Shown here piece by piece: positions 35,131 through 48,549 of a stretch of DNA of 64,000 bases. The notes under the pieces are model-generated. The model was given only the letters and a program-made list of their open reading frames with translations. It did no database searches and was not told the origin of the DNA. The stretch lies in the NCBI RefSeq assembly GCF_001897375.1, contig NZ_MKSU01000002.1:29040-93039 (forward strand), read 5' to 3'. The first letter of the stretch is position 1; each line of letters begins with the position of its first letter. The translations under genes and the position numbers were made by a program. This DNA comes from Sphingomonas sp. 67-36. Its GTDB lineage: Bacteria; Pseudomonadota; Alphaproteobacteria; Sphingomonadales; Sphingomonadaceae.

Positions 35131-36443
35131 GGCGGCTCGTCCCCTCGGTCGGCCTGCTCGGGCAGGTCGTCGCGATCCTGCTGCTGACGATGCTGATCGA
35201 GTTCGGCGTCTCGACCGTGCTCTACGAGCGCGCCAGCCAGTTCTCGGTGCGCGACGACGAGGCGCGGCGGCTGGCCGAACATCTCGTCATCAGCCGGCGG
35301 CTGGTCGAGGAGCGCACGCCGGCGGAGCGCACGGCGATGGCCGACGACCTCACCACCGACCGCTACGAGATCCATTGGGATCGCGAGCCGCCGCACGTCC
35401 CGCCGGTCGCGCCGACGCTGGACCAGATGCGGCGGCAGATCGTCGAGTGGGAGCCGTCGCTCGGCGCGCGCGACCTGCGCATCCGGCTGGCCTCGCCGGG
35501 GGCCAGTTCGGCGGTGACCGGCGGCTTGCGGCTGGACGACGCGAGCTGGCTGCATTTTCGCACGCTGGCGCCGGTCGCGCGGCTCAATTTCGGGCTGGAG
35601 CGGATCGCGCTGGCGCTGGTGCCGGCGATCGCGCTGATGGTGATCGGCGGGCTGATGCTGCGCCGCGCGCTGTTGCCGCTGCGACGGCTGGCGGTGGCGG
35701 CGGATCGCGTCGGGCATGACGAGGTGGCGCCGGTGCCGGAGCACGGGCCGGGCGACGTGCGCCGCGTGGTGGCGGCGTTCAACCGGATGCAGGCCCGCAT
35801 CCGCGCGCTGATCGACACGCGCACCCAGGCGCTGGCGGCGGTGGGGCACGATCTGCGCACGCCGCTGGCGCGGCTCCGGCTGCGCACCGAAGCGGTGGGC
35901 GACGCCGACACGCGCGGTGCGATCGAACACGACCTCGCCGAGATGGAGGCGATGGTCACCTCGCTGCTCGCCTTCCTCGGCGGGGAGAGCGATCCCGAGA
36001 CGCCGGTGCCGGTCGATCTCGCGGTGATGTGCGCGACGCTGGTAGATGATGCCAGCGACGCCGGGCAGGCGGCCGATTATGTCGGGCCGGATCATCTGGA
36101 GCTGCGGATGCGGCGTTCCGGCTTCAAGCGCGCGCTGACCAATCTGGTCGACAATGCGCTGCATTACGGCGAGCGGCTGACGATCGCGCTGGAGGCGGAT
36201 GCGGGCGGCGTCACGGTGCGGGTGATCGACGACGGGCCGGGCATCCCGGAGGACAAGCTCAGCGAGGTGCTGCAACCGTTCGTCCGGCTCGATCCGGCGC
36301 GGCGGCGCGATACGGTCGGCTTCGGGCTGGGGCTGGCGATCGCGACGCAGGCGGTGCTGGCGGAGGGCGGCACGCTGACGCTCGCCAATCGCGCGCCGCG
36401 CGGGCTGGAGGCGGTGATCCGGCTGCCGGGACATAAAATTTAA
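35127..36443 (+). CDS. sensor histidine kinase
   Basis: H-box AAVGHDLRTPLARLRL, N-box LVDNALHY, G-box DDGPGIPED, GFGLGLAI. Overlaps the regulator stop. Confidence 0.9.
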   Translation: MRRLVPSVGLLGQVVAILLLTMLIEFGVSTVLYERASQFSVRDDEARRLAEHLVISRRLVEERTPAERTAMADDLTTDRYEIHWDREPPHVPPVAPTLDQMRRQIVEWEPSLGARDLRIRLASPGASSAVTGGLRLDDASWLHFRTLAPVARLNFGLERIALALVPAIALMVIGGLMLRRALLPLRRLAVAADRVGHDEVAPVPEHGPGDVRRVVAAFNRMQARIRALIDTRTQALAAVGHDLRTPLARLRLRTEAVGDADTRGAIEHDLAEMEAMVTSLLAFLGGESDPETPVPVDLAVMCATLVDDASDAGQAADYVGPDHLELRMRRSGFKRALTNLVDNALHYGERLTIALEADAGGVTVRVIDDGPGIPEDKLSEVLQPFVRLDPARRRDTVGFGLGLAIATQAVLAEGGTLTLANRAPRGLEAVIRLPGHKI

Positions 36444-36514
36444 CAAACGCGCGGCGTCGCAGCAAAATTGCCCACCTAGTTACCCTGCTCCATGACAAAG
36501 AGGAGCAGGCTCTC

Positions 36515-37210
36515 GTGAACGAACTGATCGGCCGCGTCTTCAGCTTCGAGAAACAGGTATTCCCGAACCAGCAGGCGCTTTACTCGCAATTGGCGACGCA
36601 TGGGCAAAGCCCCAAGGCGCTGATGATATCCTGCGCGGATTCGCGCGTCGTGCCCGAGCACATCATGCAGGCGCAGCCCGGCGACCTGTTCGTCTGCCGC
36701 AACGCGGGCAACATCGTGCCGCCGTTCGCGACGATGAACGGCGGCGTCTCCTCGACGGTGGAATATGCCGTCGCGGCGCTCAAGGTGCGCGACATCATCG
36801 TGTGCGGCCATTCGGACTGCGGCGCGATGAAGGCGCTGGTGAACCCTGAACTGATGGAGGGGATGCCCAATGTCGCGGCGTGGCTGCGCCACAGCCATGC
36901 GGCGAAATGCGTGCTCGATGCTTCCTATCCCACGCTGGAGAACGGCGCGGCGGTGCGCGCGGCGAGCCTGGAGAATGTCGTGGTGCAGATCGCGCATCTG
37001 CGCACCCACCCCTCGGTGGCAGCGGGCATCGCGCGGGGCGAGATCGCGCTGCACGGCTGGTTCGTCGACATCCACGCCGGGCAGATGCTGGCGCTGGATG
37101 GCGAGACCGGCCGCTTCGTCGCGGTGCGCGAGGATGCGCCGCTGCCCGTCGCCGTGCGCGCCACCCCGCGCATCGCGGCCGATTTCTCGTGGCCGGAGGC
37201 GGCGGAGTGA
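36515..37210 (+). CDS. beta-class carbonic anhydrase
   Basis: CADSRVVPE and GHSDCGAM zinc-ligand motifs. GTG start after GAGGAG. Confidence 0.9.
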   Translation: MNELIGRVFSFEKQVFPNQQALYSQLATHGQSPKALMISCADSRVVPEHIMQAQPGDLFVCRNAGNIVPPFATMNGGVSSTVEYAVAALKVRDIIVCGHSDCGAMKALVNPELMEGMPNVAAWLRHSHAAKCVLDASYPTLENGAAVRAASLENVVVQIAHLRTHPSVAAGIARGEIALHGWFVDIHAGQMLALDGETGRFVAVREDAPLPVAVRATPRIAADFSWPEAAE

Positions 37211-37242
37211 CGGAGGCAGTTATCCCCCGGCCCGGCGTTTCG

Positions 37243-38742
37243 ATGCCCCGGCTGAAGTTCCTCGGGCGCGATCTCACCGCGTCGATCGTCGTGTTCCTCG
37301 TCGCGATGCCGCTGTGCATGGGCATTGCGATCGCCTCCGGCGTCCCGCCGGAAAAGGGACTCATCACCGGCATCATCGGCGGCATCGTCGTCGGCGCGCT
37401 GGCGGGATCGCCGTTGCAGGTCAGCGGCCCCGCCGCCGGCCTCGCGGTGATCGTGTTCGAACTGGTGCGCGATCAGGGCCTTTCGGCGCTCGGCCCGATC
37501 CTGATCCTTGCCGGCGCGATCCAGGTCGCGGCGGGCGTGTTCCGGCTCGGCGGCTGGTTCCGCGCGATCAGCCCGGCGGTGGTCCACGGGATGCTCGCTG
37601 GGATCGGCGTGCTGATCGTCGTCGGCCAGTTCCATGTGCTGTTCGACGCGAAGCCGCTGTCGAGCGGCCCCGCCAACCTCGCCGCGATGCCCGGCCGCCT
37701 GCTCGGCCTCTCCGCCAGCAACATGGCGGCGGCCGAACTCGCCTTCATCGTCGCGCTGGTGACGATCGGCGCGATGCTGGCGTGGGAGAAGTGGCGTCCC
37801 GCGTCGCTGAAGCTCGCGCCGGGGGCGCTGGTCGGCGTGCTCGCGGGGACGTTACTGACGGTCGCGCTGGGGCTGGACGTGGCGAAAGTCGCGGTGCCCG
37901 AATCGATCACCGCCGCGATCGCGCTGCCGGAAAGCGGCTTCTGGGCGAAGTGGCTCGATCCCTCGGTGCTCGCCAGCGCGTTGGCCATCGCCTTCATCGC
38001 CTCGGCCGAGACGTTGCTGTCGGCGGCGGCGGTCGACAAGATGCACGACGGGGTGCGCACCGATTACAACAAGGAATTGCGCGCGCAGGGCGTCGGCAAC
38101 CTGCTGTGCGGCGCGGCGGGCGCGCTGCCGATGACCGGCGTGATCGTCCGCTCCTCCGCCAATGTGCAGGCCGGGGCGGTGACGCGCGCCTCGGCGATCC
38201 TGCACGGCGCGTGGATCCTCGGCTTCGTCGCGCTGCTGCCATGGCTGCTGCGCGAGATTCCGATGGCGGCGCTCGGCGCGATTCTCGTTGTCACCGGCTG
38301 GCGGCTGGTGAGTCTCGCCCATGCGAAGCACCTGTTGCGCGACCACGGCGTGCTGCCGGTGGTGATCTGGGCGGCGACGCTGATCATGGTGGTGGCGACC
38401 GACCTCTTGACCGGCGTGCTGGTCGGCATCGGCCTGTCGCTGCTGGAACTGCTGCCGCATTTCCGCCGCCTGCGCCTCAAGGTGGAGGAACGGGCGGAGG
38501 ACGAGGCGCACCATATCGCGCTCGACGGCGCGGCGACCTTCGTCAGCCTCCCGAAACTGTCCGACACGCTCGATCGCGTGCCGGCGGGCAGGCCGGTGCG
38601 GCTGGACGTTTCGCGGCTCGCGGCGATCGACCACACCAGCGCGGAGCTGCTGCGCGACTGGTTCCAGCGCCGCCGCGCCAGTGGCGCGCCGGTGGAGATG
38701 CTGGGTGCGACGCGTGGCAAAATCGCCACACTCGCGAGCTGA
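37243..38742 (+). CDS. SulP-family anion transporter with a C-terminal STAS domain
   Basis: GIIGGIVVGALAGSPLQVSGPAAGLAV and multiple TM segments. An alternative GTG start is at 37207. Confidence 0.85.
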   Translation: MPRLKFLGRDLTASIVVFLVAMPLCMGIAIASGVPPEKGLITGIIGGIVVGALAGSPLQVSGPAAGLAVIVFELVRDQGLSALGPILILAGAIQVAAGVFRLGGWFRAISPAVVHGMLAGIGVLIVVGQFHVLFDAKPLSSGPANLAAMPGRLLGLSASNMAAAELAFIVALVTIGAMLAWEKWRPASLKLAPGALVGVLAGTLLTVALGLDVAKVAVPESITAAIALPESGFWAKWLDPSVLASALAIAFIASAETLLSAAAVDKMHDGVRTDYNKELRAQGVGNLLCGAAGALPMTGVIVRSSANVQAGAVTRASAILHGAWILGFVALLPWLLREIPMAALGAILVVTGWRLVSLAHAKHLLRDHGVLPVVIWAATLIMVVATDLLTGVLVGIGLSLLELLPHFRRLRLKVEERAEDEAHHIALDGAATFVSLPKLSDTLDRVPAGRPVRLDVSRLAAIDHTSAELLRDWFQRRRASGAPVEMLGATRGKIATLAS

Positions 38743-38900
38743 GCACGCCTGTAGAAACATTTCGACACGATTCAGCAACAAAAGTGATAAAATGCTGCAC
38801 TAGCGTAATGACCTCCGGCCAGCCGATGCCCGCCCTTCGCGGGTGAGAGCATCGGCGGACGGAGAAGCAGGAGGAGCCTCTGACCAACAGGAGGTTCCAC

Positions 38901-39749
38901 ATGAAGACGTTCTATCTCATTCCCGCTATCGCGCTCGGTCTCGCGGCACATCCCGCAGCCGCACAGGAAACCGCTCCCCCCAAGGCCATCACCGTCACCG
39001 GCAGTGTCGCCGTGGTGAGCGACTATCGCCTGCGCGGCGTGTCGCAGTCCGACAAGCACGCCGCGGTGCAGGGTGGCTTCACCATCGCGCACGAGAGCGG
39101 CTTCTATGTCGGCACCTGGGGATCGAGCCTTGCCGGCTGGGGCACGTTCGGTGGCGCCAACATGGAACTGGACCTGATCGGCGGCTACAAGAGATCGCTG
39201 GGCAGCGGCATCTCGGTCGACGCCGGCCTCACCTGGTACATGTATCCGGGCGGCGCGAGCAAAAGCGATTTCGCGGAGCCGTTCGTGAAGCTTTCGGGCA
39301 CCGCCGGTCCGGTGAGCGCGCTGGTCGGCGTCGCCTATGCGCCCAAGCAGCAGGCGCTGGGCAAATGGTATGACGGCGCGACGGATTACGGGCTCGGCAC
39401 GCCCACCCATCCGGGCGCAAAGAACGACAACCTCTATATCTGGACCGACCTGTCGGCCGCCATTCCCTCCACCCCGCTCACCGCCAAGGCCCATCTTGGC
39501 CATTCGGACGGCAACAGCGGCCTTGGCCCCAACGGCACCAGCGCCGCGCCGACCGGCCATTACTGGGACTGGATGGTCGGGGCCGATTTCGTGGTGAAGG
39601 GAACGCCGCTGACGCTGAGCGCGGCGTGGATCGACACGGATATCAGCCGGAGCAAATCGGCCTATCTCTGGCCGAACTTCGCCTCCACCAAGGACGGCAG
39701 CTCGATCGCCGGCTCCACCGCGCTGTTTTCGGTGACCGCCGCGTTCTGA
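38901..39749 (+). CDS. outer-membrane beta-barrel protein (TorF / TIGR02001-like porin)
   Basis: Signal peptide MKTFYLIPAIALGLAAHPAAAQ, SDYRLRGVSQSD motif, C-terminal aromatic residue (F). Confidence 0.75.
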   Translation: MKTFYLIPAIALGLAAHPAAAQETAPPKAITVTGSVAVVSDYRLRGVSQSDKHAAVQGGFTIAHESGFYVGTWGSSLAGWGTFGGANMELDLIGGYKRSLGSGISVDAGLTWYMYPGGASKSDFAEPFVKLSGTAGPVSALVGVAYAPKQQALGKWYDGATDYGLGTPTHPGAKNDNLYIWTDLSAAIPSTPLTAKAHLGHSDGNSGLGPNGTSAAPTGHYWDWMVGADFVVKGTPLTLSAAWIDTDISRSKSAYLWPNFASTKDGSSIAGSTALFSVTAAF

Positions 39750-39768
39750 CCTTCATTTGATGCTCCGG

Positions 39769-39798
39769 GCGGGCCGGGGGGTTTGCTTCCCCCGGCCC
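39769..39798 (+). terminator. GC-rich hairpin after the porin gene
   Basis: CGGGCCGGGGG-8 nt-CCCCCGGCCCG; perfect 11 bp stem, no T-tract. Confidence 0.4.
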
Positions 39799-39853
39799 GT
39801 CCCCACATAAGGGCGCACCAATCAAGCTGGAGCGACCCTTGGCAACCCTGGGC

Positions 39854-40750
39854 ATGAGTGAAGCGGAAAAGACGGCGGTGCAGGAATTCCGCCGCGACGT
39901 GGTCGAACCGTCGATGACGAAGCTCGTCATCATCGATTTCTGGGCGGAATGGTGCGGGCCGTGCAAGGCGCTCGCCCCGGTGCTGGAAAAGGTCGCGGAA
40001 GCCTATGCCGACAAGGGCGTGGTGCTGGCGAAGGTCGATACCGACAAGAACCAGTTCATCGCCGCGCAATTCCAGGTGCGCTCGATCCCCACCGTCTATG
40101 CGATGTTCCAGGGCCAGCTCGTCGCGGACCTGACCAATGCGCGCACCGAATCGCAGCTCCGCACGACGCTCGACCAGCTCCTGCGCCAGCTCCCTATCCA
40201 GGGCGAGGCGCAATCGCAGGAGGCGGAGCTCGAGCCGCTGATCGCGATGGGCGAGGAGGTGCTGGCTTCGGGCGACGCGCAACGCGCGCTGTCGATCTTC
40301 GACCAGCTCGTGGAGATGGGGCCGGATCACCACGCCGTCCTCTCCGGCCGCATCCGCGCGCTGGTGGCGGCGGGCGATCTCGCCGCCGCCGAGGCCGCGA
40401 TCGCCGCGCTGCCGGAGGAGGTGGCGAAGCTGCCCGATATCGAGCGCGCCCGATCGGCGGTGGAGCTGGCGAAATCCGCGCCCGAAGTGTCCGATCTCGC
40501 CCCGCTGGAAGCGGCGGTGGCGGCCGATCCGAACGATCTTCAGGCGCGCTACGACCTCGCCAACGCCCGGATGGCGGCGGGGAATCGCGATGCGGCGGCG
40601 GAGGGTTTCCTCGCCATCACCGCCGCCGACCGCGAGTGGAACGAGGGCGCCGCGCGCCAGCAGCTCCTCAAATTGTTCGAGGTGGTCGGGCTGGAAGACC
40701 CGTGGGTGTCGCAGCAGCGCCGCAAGCTCTCGGCGATCCTGTTCGGGTGA
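39854..40750 (+). CDS. thioredoxin-domain plus TPR co-chaperone (YbbN/CnoX-like)
   Basis: VIIDFWAEWCGPCKAL and a helical-repeat C-terminus. Confidence 0.85.
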   Translation: MSEAEKTAVQEFRRDVVEPSMTKLVIIDFWAEWCGPCKALAPVLEKVAEAYADKGVVLAKVDTDKNQFIAAQFQVRSIPTVYAMFQGQLVADLTNARTESQLRTTLDQLLRQLPIQGEAQSQEAELEPLIAMGEEVLASGDAQRALSIFDQLVEMGPDHHAVLSGRIRALVAAGDLAAAEAAIAALPEEVAKLPDIERARSAVELAKSAPEVSDLAPLEAAVAADPNDLQARYDLANARMAAGNRDAAAEGFLAITAADREWNEGAARQQLLKLFEVVGLEDPWVSQQRRKLSAILFG

Positions 40751-40751
40751 C

Positions 40752-41357
40752 ATGACGCGGCTGTCGATCTTTCCTCTTGCCGGCGCGATCCTCTTTCCGG
40801 GGATGCACCTGCCGCTGCACATCTTCGAGCCGCGTTATCGCGCATTGGTCTCCGATGCGATGGCGCGCGACCGCCGGATCGGGATGATCCAGCCGCGCGG
40901 CGAAGGCGAGGCGCCGCCGCTGTACGACATCGGCTGCATCGGGCGGATCGTCGAGGTCGAGATGCTCGACGATGGGCGCTCGAACATCGTGCTCGAAGGA
41001 CAGTCGCTGTTCCGCGTCGCACGCGAGCTGGAGGTGACGACCAAGTTCCGTCAGGTCGAGGCGGAGCTGATCGCCACCCCGGCCGACGACGCGCTGTCGC
41101 TCGCCGCGCGCGCCGGGCTGGAGATGGAATCGAAGCGCTTCGCCGAGGCGCAGGGCTATGCCGTGGACTGGAACGCGGTGGGTCGGCTCGACGACGCCAG
41201 CCTCGTCAACGGCATCGCGCAGATCGCGCCGTTCGACGCGGCAGCCAAGCAGGCGCTGCTCGAAACGCCGACGATCGCCGAACGCGCCGAACTGATCGTC
41301 CAGCTCCTGCAATTCTTCGGCCGCCACGACGGCGAAGACCGCGTGACGCTGCAATGA
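40752..41357 (+). CDS. LON substrate-binding (LON N-terminal) domain protein
   Basis: [30 protein letters not shown]. Confidence 0.8.
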   Translation: MTRLSIFPLAGAILFPGMHLPLHIFEPRYRALVSDAMARDRRIGMIQPRGEGEAPPLYDIGCIGRIVEVEMLDDGRSNIVLEGQSLFRVARELEVTTKFRQVEAELIATPADDALSLAARAGLEMESKRFAEAQGYAVDWNAVGRLDDASLVNGIAQIAPFDAAAKQALLETPTIAERAELIVQLLQFFGRHDGEDRVTLQ

Positions 41358-41527
41358 TCGATCCGTGGCTATTGGAGCGGCTGGCCTGCCCCGTCACGCG
41401 CCAGCCGCTGCGCTACGACGAGGCGGCGGGGGAGCTGGTTTCGGAGGCCGCCGGTCTCGCCTATCCGATCCGCGACGGCGTGCCGGTGCTGCTGGTAGAG
41501 GAAGCGCGCCCGCTTACTTCTGGCTGA
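41354..41527 (+). CDS. Trm112/UPF0434-family small protein (57 aa)
   Basis: [51 protein letters not shown] overlap with the upstream stop. Below the ORF-track cutoff. Confidence 0.7.
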   Translation: MIDPWLLERLACPVTRQPLRYDEAAGELVSEAAGLAYPIRDGVPVLLVEEARPLTSG

Positions 41528-41856
41528 CAACGTGCGTCGGCGCGTCCGGCGCGGGCGTGTCGGCAAGCGCGGGGTGCAGCGCGAACAGCCCGATCGCGCC
41601 GATCACGAACCCGCCCGTGAACTGCCACAATAAGGTGGATTTGAGGAAACGGGTCATACGCTCGGGTCTCGTTATCGGAATCTGGACAGGCCGACGGGCG
41701 GAGCGCGTCCGGCCGGCGACGGGGAAGTTATAGTCGGGCTTGCTGAACCCCGGCTGGCGCCGCCGTTCATCTCGCAGTTGCGATATAGGTGCCTGCGCTT
41801 TGCCGCGCTATTTCAGCGATCGAAACTTTATGTTTCGTCGCTGAAACCATTGTCGC

Positions 41857-44911
<3,055 letters not shown>

Positions 44912-44991
44912 CGCCTTGCGGCAAGGGCGTGGAGGTGATTAGGAATCACCGCATCGCGGCGTGGCCGCTTTCTGCCGAAAGGATCGTTTCG

Positions 44992-45654
44992 ATGACCGAA
45001 CCCGCGTTGCGCGCGATGATCGTGCCGGTCACGGCGATCGAACAGAATTGCACGATCGTCTGGTGCACCGCGACGAGGAAGGCGGCGGTGATCGATCCGG
45101 GCGGCGACATCCCGCGCATCAAGGCGGCGATCGCGCAGGCCGGCGTGACGGTGGAGAAGGTGCTGCTCACCCACGGCCATATCGACCACGCCGGCGAGGC
45201 GAAGCCGCTGGCCGACGAGCTGGGCGTGCCGATCGAGGGGCCGCACGAGGACGATCGCTTCTGGCTCGCCCGACTGGCCGACGACGGCCGCAACTGGGGG
45301 ATTCGCGGCGTGCCGTTCGAGCCGGACCGCTGGCTGGAGGACGGCGACACGGTGACGGTCGGCGATCTGACGCTCGACGTCTATCACACGCCCGGCCACA
45401 CGGCGGGCCATGTGATCTACCACCACGCGCCGTCGCGATTCGCGCAGGTCGGCGACGTGCTGTTCCAGGGCTCGGTCGGGCGCACCGACCTGCCGCAGGG
45501 CAACCACCAGCAGCTGATCGAGTCGATCGTCACGAAGCTGTGGCCGCTGGGCGACGACGTGACCTTCATTCCGGGGCACGGCAAGGCCAGCACCTTCGGC
45601 CATGAGCGGCAATGGAACATGTTCGTCAGCGACGAGGCGCTGTCGGCGGCCTGA
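44992..45654 (+). CDS. MBL-fold metallo-hydrolase (glyoxalase II-like)
   Basis: LLTHGHIDHAG (HxHxDH), HTPGHTAGH. Confidence 0.85.
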   Translation: MTEPALRAMIVPVTAIEQNCTIVWCTATRKAAVIDPGGDIPRIKAAIAQAGVTVEKVLLTHGHIDHAGEAKPLADELGVPIEGPHEDDRFWLARLADDGRNWGIRGVPFEPDRWLEDGDTVTVGDLTLDVYHTPGHTAGHVIYHHAPSRFAQVGDVLFQGSVGRTDLPQGNHQQLIESIVTKLWPLGDDVTFIPGHGKASTFGHERQWNMFVSDEALSAA

Positions 45655-45664
45655 GGCCTGAACG

Positions 45665-45705
45665 AAAAAGGCCGCGACCGTATCGAGACGGTCGCGGCCT
45701 TTTTT
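45665..45705. terminator. bidirectional rho-independent terminator
   Basis: AAAAA-GGCCGCGACCG-tatcgaga-CGGTCGCGGCC-TTTTTT between the convergent MBL hydrolase and rpoZ. Confidence 0.85.
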
Positions 45706-45726
45706 CAGCCCGGTGCCGAAAGGGCG

Positions 45727-46071
45727 TCAGCCCTCGTAATCGGCGCCGAGGTTCTGGTTGCGCGGCGGGGCGGCGGCGGTGAGGCGCAGCGCCTCCGCCG
45801 ACGCGGCGAGGCTGCCGACCGCATCCGCCTCGTCGTCGTCGTCGATCTGCACGCGCTGCAGGCTGGCGACGAGCGATTCCTCGAGGTGGCCGGGCAGGAT
45901 CGTCTGCTCGGCGATCTCGCGCAGCGCGACCACCGGATTTTTATCGCGGTCGCGATCAATCGTCAGTTCCGCGCCGCCCGATACCTGCCGCGCGCGCTGC
46001 GCCGCGAGCAGGACCAGATCGAAGCGGTTGGGGATCTTGTCGACGCAATCCTCGACCGTGACGCGCGCCAT
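45727..46071 (-). CDS. rpoZ: DNA-directed RNA polymerase subunit omega
   Basis: [29 protein letters not shown]. Confidence 0.95.
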   Translation of the reverse strand: MARVTVEDCVDKIPNRFDLVLLAAQRARQVSGGAELTIDRDRDKNPVVALREIAEQTILPGHLEESLVASLQRVQIDDDDEADAVGSLAASAEALRLTAAAPPRNQNLGADYEG

Positions 46072-46180
46072 GGACGCTTTCCTTCGCTTGAATTTCGCTG
46101 GATGAAGGCGCGCGATCTAGGTGGGCGGGCGCGCAAAGTCAAGAAAAGCGCGCTTGTCGCCGCGCCGCCGCCCGGCCAAC

Positions 46181-47335
46181 ATGAGCGCGATGGAGACGTT
46201 CACCGTCGAGGGCAATCGCCTGACCCTGCTCACCGAAGGGCCGGCGCGGCTCGACGCGCTGGTGGCATTGATCGATGGCGCGCGCAGAAGCCTGCGCATC
46301 CTCTATTACATCTATGCCGACGACGAATCGGGCCGGCGCGTCAACGAGGCTTTGCTCGCCGCCGCCGCGCGCGGGGTACGGGTGGCGCTGATCGTCGACG
46401 GCTTCGGCAGCGACGCGGCCAGCCGCAAGCATTTCTTCGACCCGCTGGCGGCGGCCGGCATCTCGATATGCTGGTTCGCGCCGCGCTTCGGCCGCCGCTA
46501 CCTGCTGCGCAACCACCAAAAGCTCGCGCTCGCCGACGAGGCGCGGATCATGATCGGCGGGTTCAACATCGCCAACGATTATTTCGCCGCCGAGGATGCG
46601 GACGCGTGGCGCGATCTCGGCCTGCTGGTCGAAGGGCCGGCGGCGGGGCGGATCGCGCGCTATTTCGACGCGCTGCGCGAATGGGTGCTGCTTCCGGCGG
46701 GACGGACGCGGCATCTCGGCCGCGTGCTGGCGCGGTGGAGCGAGCCGGCAGGGCGGGTGCGCTGGCTGATCGGCGGCCCGACGCGGCGGCTGTCGCCCTG
46801 GGCGCGCGCGGTGCGCCACGACATGCGGCTGGCGGCGCGGATCGACATCATCGCCGGCTATTTCACGCCCAGCCCGACGATGCTGCGGCGGATCGACCGC
46901 GCGGCGCGGCGCGGCGACGCGGTGCGGATCGTCACCGCAGCGCGATCGGACAACAACGCCACGATCGCCGCCGCGCGCTTCAGCTATCGCGGGCTGCTGA
47001 AGCAGGGGGTGCGCATCTTCGAATATCAGCCGTCGAAGCTGCACACCAAGCTCTATGCGATCGACAATGCGGTGCATATCGGCAGCGCCAATTTCGACAT
47101 GCGCAGCCTGTTCATCAATCTGGAGCTGATGCTGCGGATCGATGACGCCGCCTTCGCCGCCTATGTCCGCCGCTATATCGATGGCGAGGTGGCGCGCTCG
47201 ATCGAGATCACGCCCGACGCCTATCGTGCCGCGACCGGCTGGTGGCAGCGGGTGAAGCAGTTCTTCGCCTATCTGATCGTCGGCGTGGCGGACCCGACGC
47301 TGTCGCGCGGGCTGAATTTCGGGATCGATGACTGA
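46181..47335 (+). CDS. phospholipase D / cardiolipin-synthase-like protein (two HKD motifs)
   Basis: HQKLALAD and HTKLYAIDN...GSANFD. Start at 46181 (MSAMETF) or 46121. Confidence 0.8.
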   Translation: MSAMETFTVEGNRLTLLTEGPARLDALVALIDGARRSLRILYYIYADDESGRRVNEALLAAAARGVRVALIVDGFGSDAASRKHFFDPLAAAGISICWFAPRFGRRYLLRNHQKLALADEARIMIGGFNIANDYFAAEDADAWRDLGLLVEGPAAGRIARYFDALREWVLLPAGRTRHLGRVLARWSEPAGRVRWLIGGPTRRLSPWARAVRHDMRLAARIDIIAGYFTPSPTMLRRIDRAARRGDAVRIVTAARSDNNATIAAARFSYRGLLKQGVRIFEYQPSKLHTKLYAIDNAVHIGSANFDMRSLFINLELMLRIDDAAFAAYVRRYIDGEVARSIEITPDAYRAATGWWQRVKQFFAYLIVGVADPTLSRGLNFGIDD

Positions 47336-47455
47336 GGGGGGGCGGCGGCCAAGCCGTCGTCGGACGGGTTCGGCTATGCCGACCCGCCGGCCGGGCCGCG
47401 CGCTGCGCCTTTGGCGCATCGCGCCGTCGCTTCGCCGACGCGCCTGCGCCCCGCC

Positions 47456-48076
47456 TTACTCCGCGTCCTTCCACGCCCAGTAAAGCTGCGCCGGCGGCAC
47501 GTTCCACCATTCCATCCCGTGATCGATGCGCGGGAAGTGCGGCGCGATGAAATCATGCACCTTGGGGCTGAACTGATAGACGAGGAACGCCCCGCCCGTG
47601 CGGATCACCCGCTGTGTCGCCGATGCGATCGCCGGGCCGACGCCGGTGGGCAGGGTGGAAAAAGGAAGGCCGGAAAGCACGTAATCGGCCTTCTCATGCC
47701 CGTGATCCGCGACGATCTTCTCCACGTCGGCGGCGGAGCCGAGCACCGGCACGAAGCGCGAATCCACGATCGTGTGGCGCAGGTAGTTGATGAAGTCCGG
47801 ATTGGTGTCGATCGCGATCAGGGTCGCATCCGGCGCCATCTTGCTCAGGATCGGGCGGCAGAAGGTGCCGACGCCGGGGCCGTATTCGACGAACAGCTTG
47901 CACCGCTGCCAGTCGACGGGGCCGAGCATCTTCTCGATCAGCTTCTCCGACGAGGGGATGATCGATCCCACCATCACCGGATGCTTGAGGAAGCCCTGGA
48001 AGAACATCTGCCACGGACCCGGAACGCCGGCGGGGCGGGATCGCGCGCGGCGGACGGCGCTGGTCGAACTGGGCAT
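47456..48076 (-). CDS. class I SAM-dependent methyltransferase (phospholipid N-methyltransferase-like)
   Basis: FLKHPVMVGSIIPSS...VEYGPGVGTF. Start uncertain (the ORF extends to 48196). Confidence 0.7.
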   Translation of the reverse strand: MPSSTSAVRRARSRPAGVPGPWQMFFQGFLKHPVMVGSIIPSSEKLIEKMLGPVDWQRCKLFVEYGPGVGTFCRPILSKMAPDATLIAIDTNPDFINYLRHTIVDSRFVPVLGSAADVEKIVADHGHEKADYVLSGLPFSTLPTGVGPAIASATQRVIRTGGAFLVYQFSPKVHDFIAPHFPRIDHGMEWWNVPPAQLYWAWKDAE

Positions 48077-48213
48077 CGAGGCTATGTCACTCCCGGACGT
48101 GGAAATGGGCAGGATAGGATTTTGCCCCGTCGCACATCTTTCGAACGCTGGGCAAGCGCTATCAGTTGCACGGCCGGGGTTGCGTCCGCGCGGCAAGCGC
48201 CTAAGCGGGCGTC

Positions 48214-48549
48214 ATGCACGACGGAACGAGCGTGGACCGGGCGGGGCAGGTGGCGGTGATCTTCGTCTCGCAGCGCACCTCCGCCGATGGGGCGGGATAT
48301 GCGGCGGCGGCCGCGGCGATGGACGCGCTCGCCGCCCGGCAGCCCGGCTATCGCGGGGTGGACAGCGCGCGCGATGCGGACGGATTGGGCATCACCGTCT
48401 CCTATTGGGCGAGCGAGGCGGAGGCGCTGGCGTGGCGTGCCCATCCCGAGCACGCCGCGATCCGCGCGCGCGGGCGGGCGGACTGGTATGAAAGCTATCA
48501 GGTGATCGTGACGCGCGTCGAGCGCGGCTATGGCTGGACGCGGCCGTGA
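48214..48549 (+). CDS. antibiotic-biosynthesis-monooxygenase (ABM) domain protein
   Basis: About 110 aa with GITVSYWASEAEALAWRAHPEH, typical of the ABM/Dabb fold. Confidence 0.65.
   Translation: MHDGTSVDRAGQVAVIFVSQRTSADGAGYAAAAAAMDALAARQPGYRGVDSARDADGLGITVSYWASEAEALAWRAHPEHAAIRARGRADWYESYQVIVTRVERGYGWTRP

Noticed and set aside
38822-38856. Nested hairpin in the 5' region of the porin gene, considered as a riboswitch or terminator
   Set aside because: No T-tract follows it, and I cannot match it to any riboswitch consensus by eye. It is probably just leader secondary structure. Only an Rfam scan could say more.
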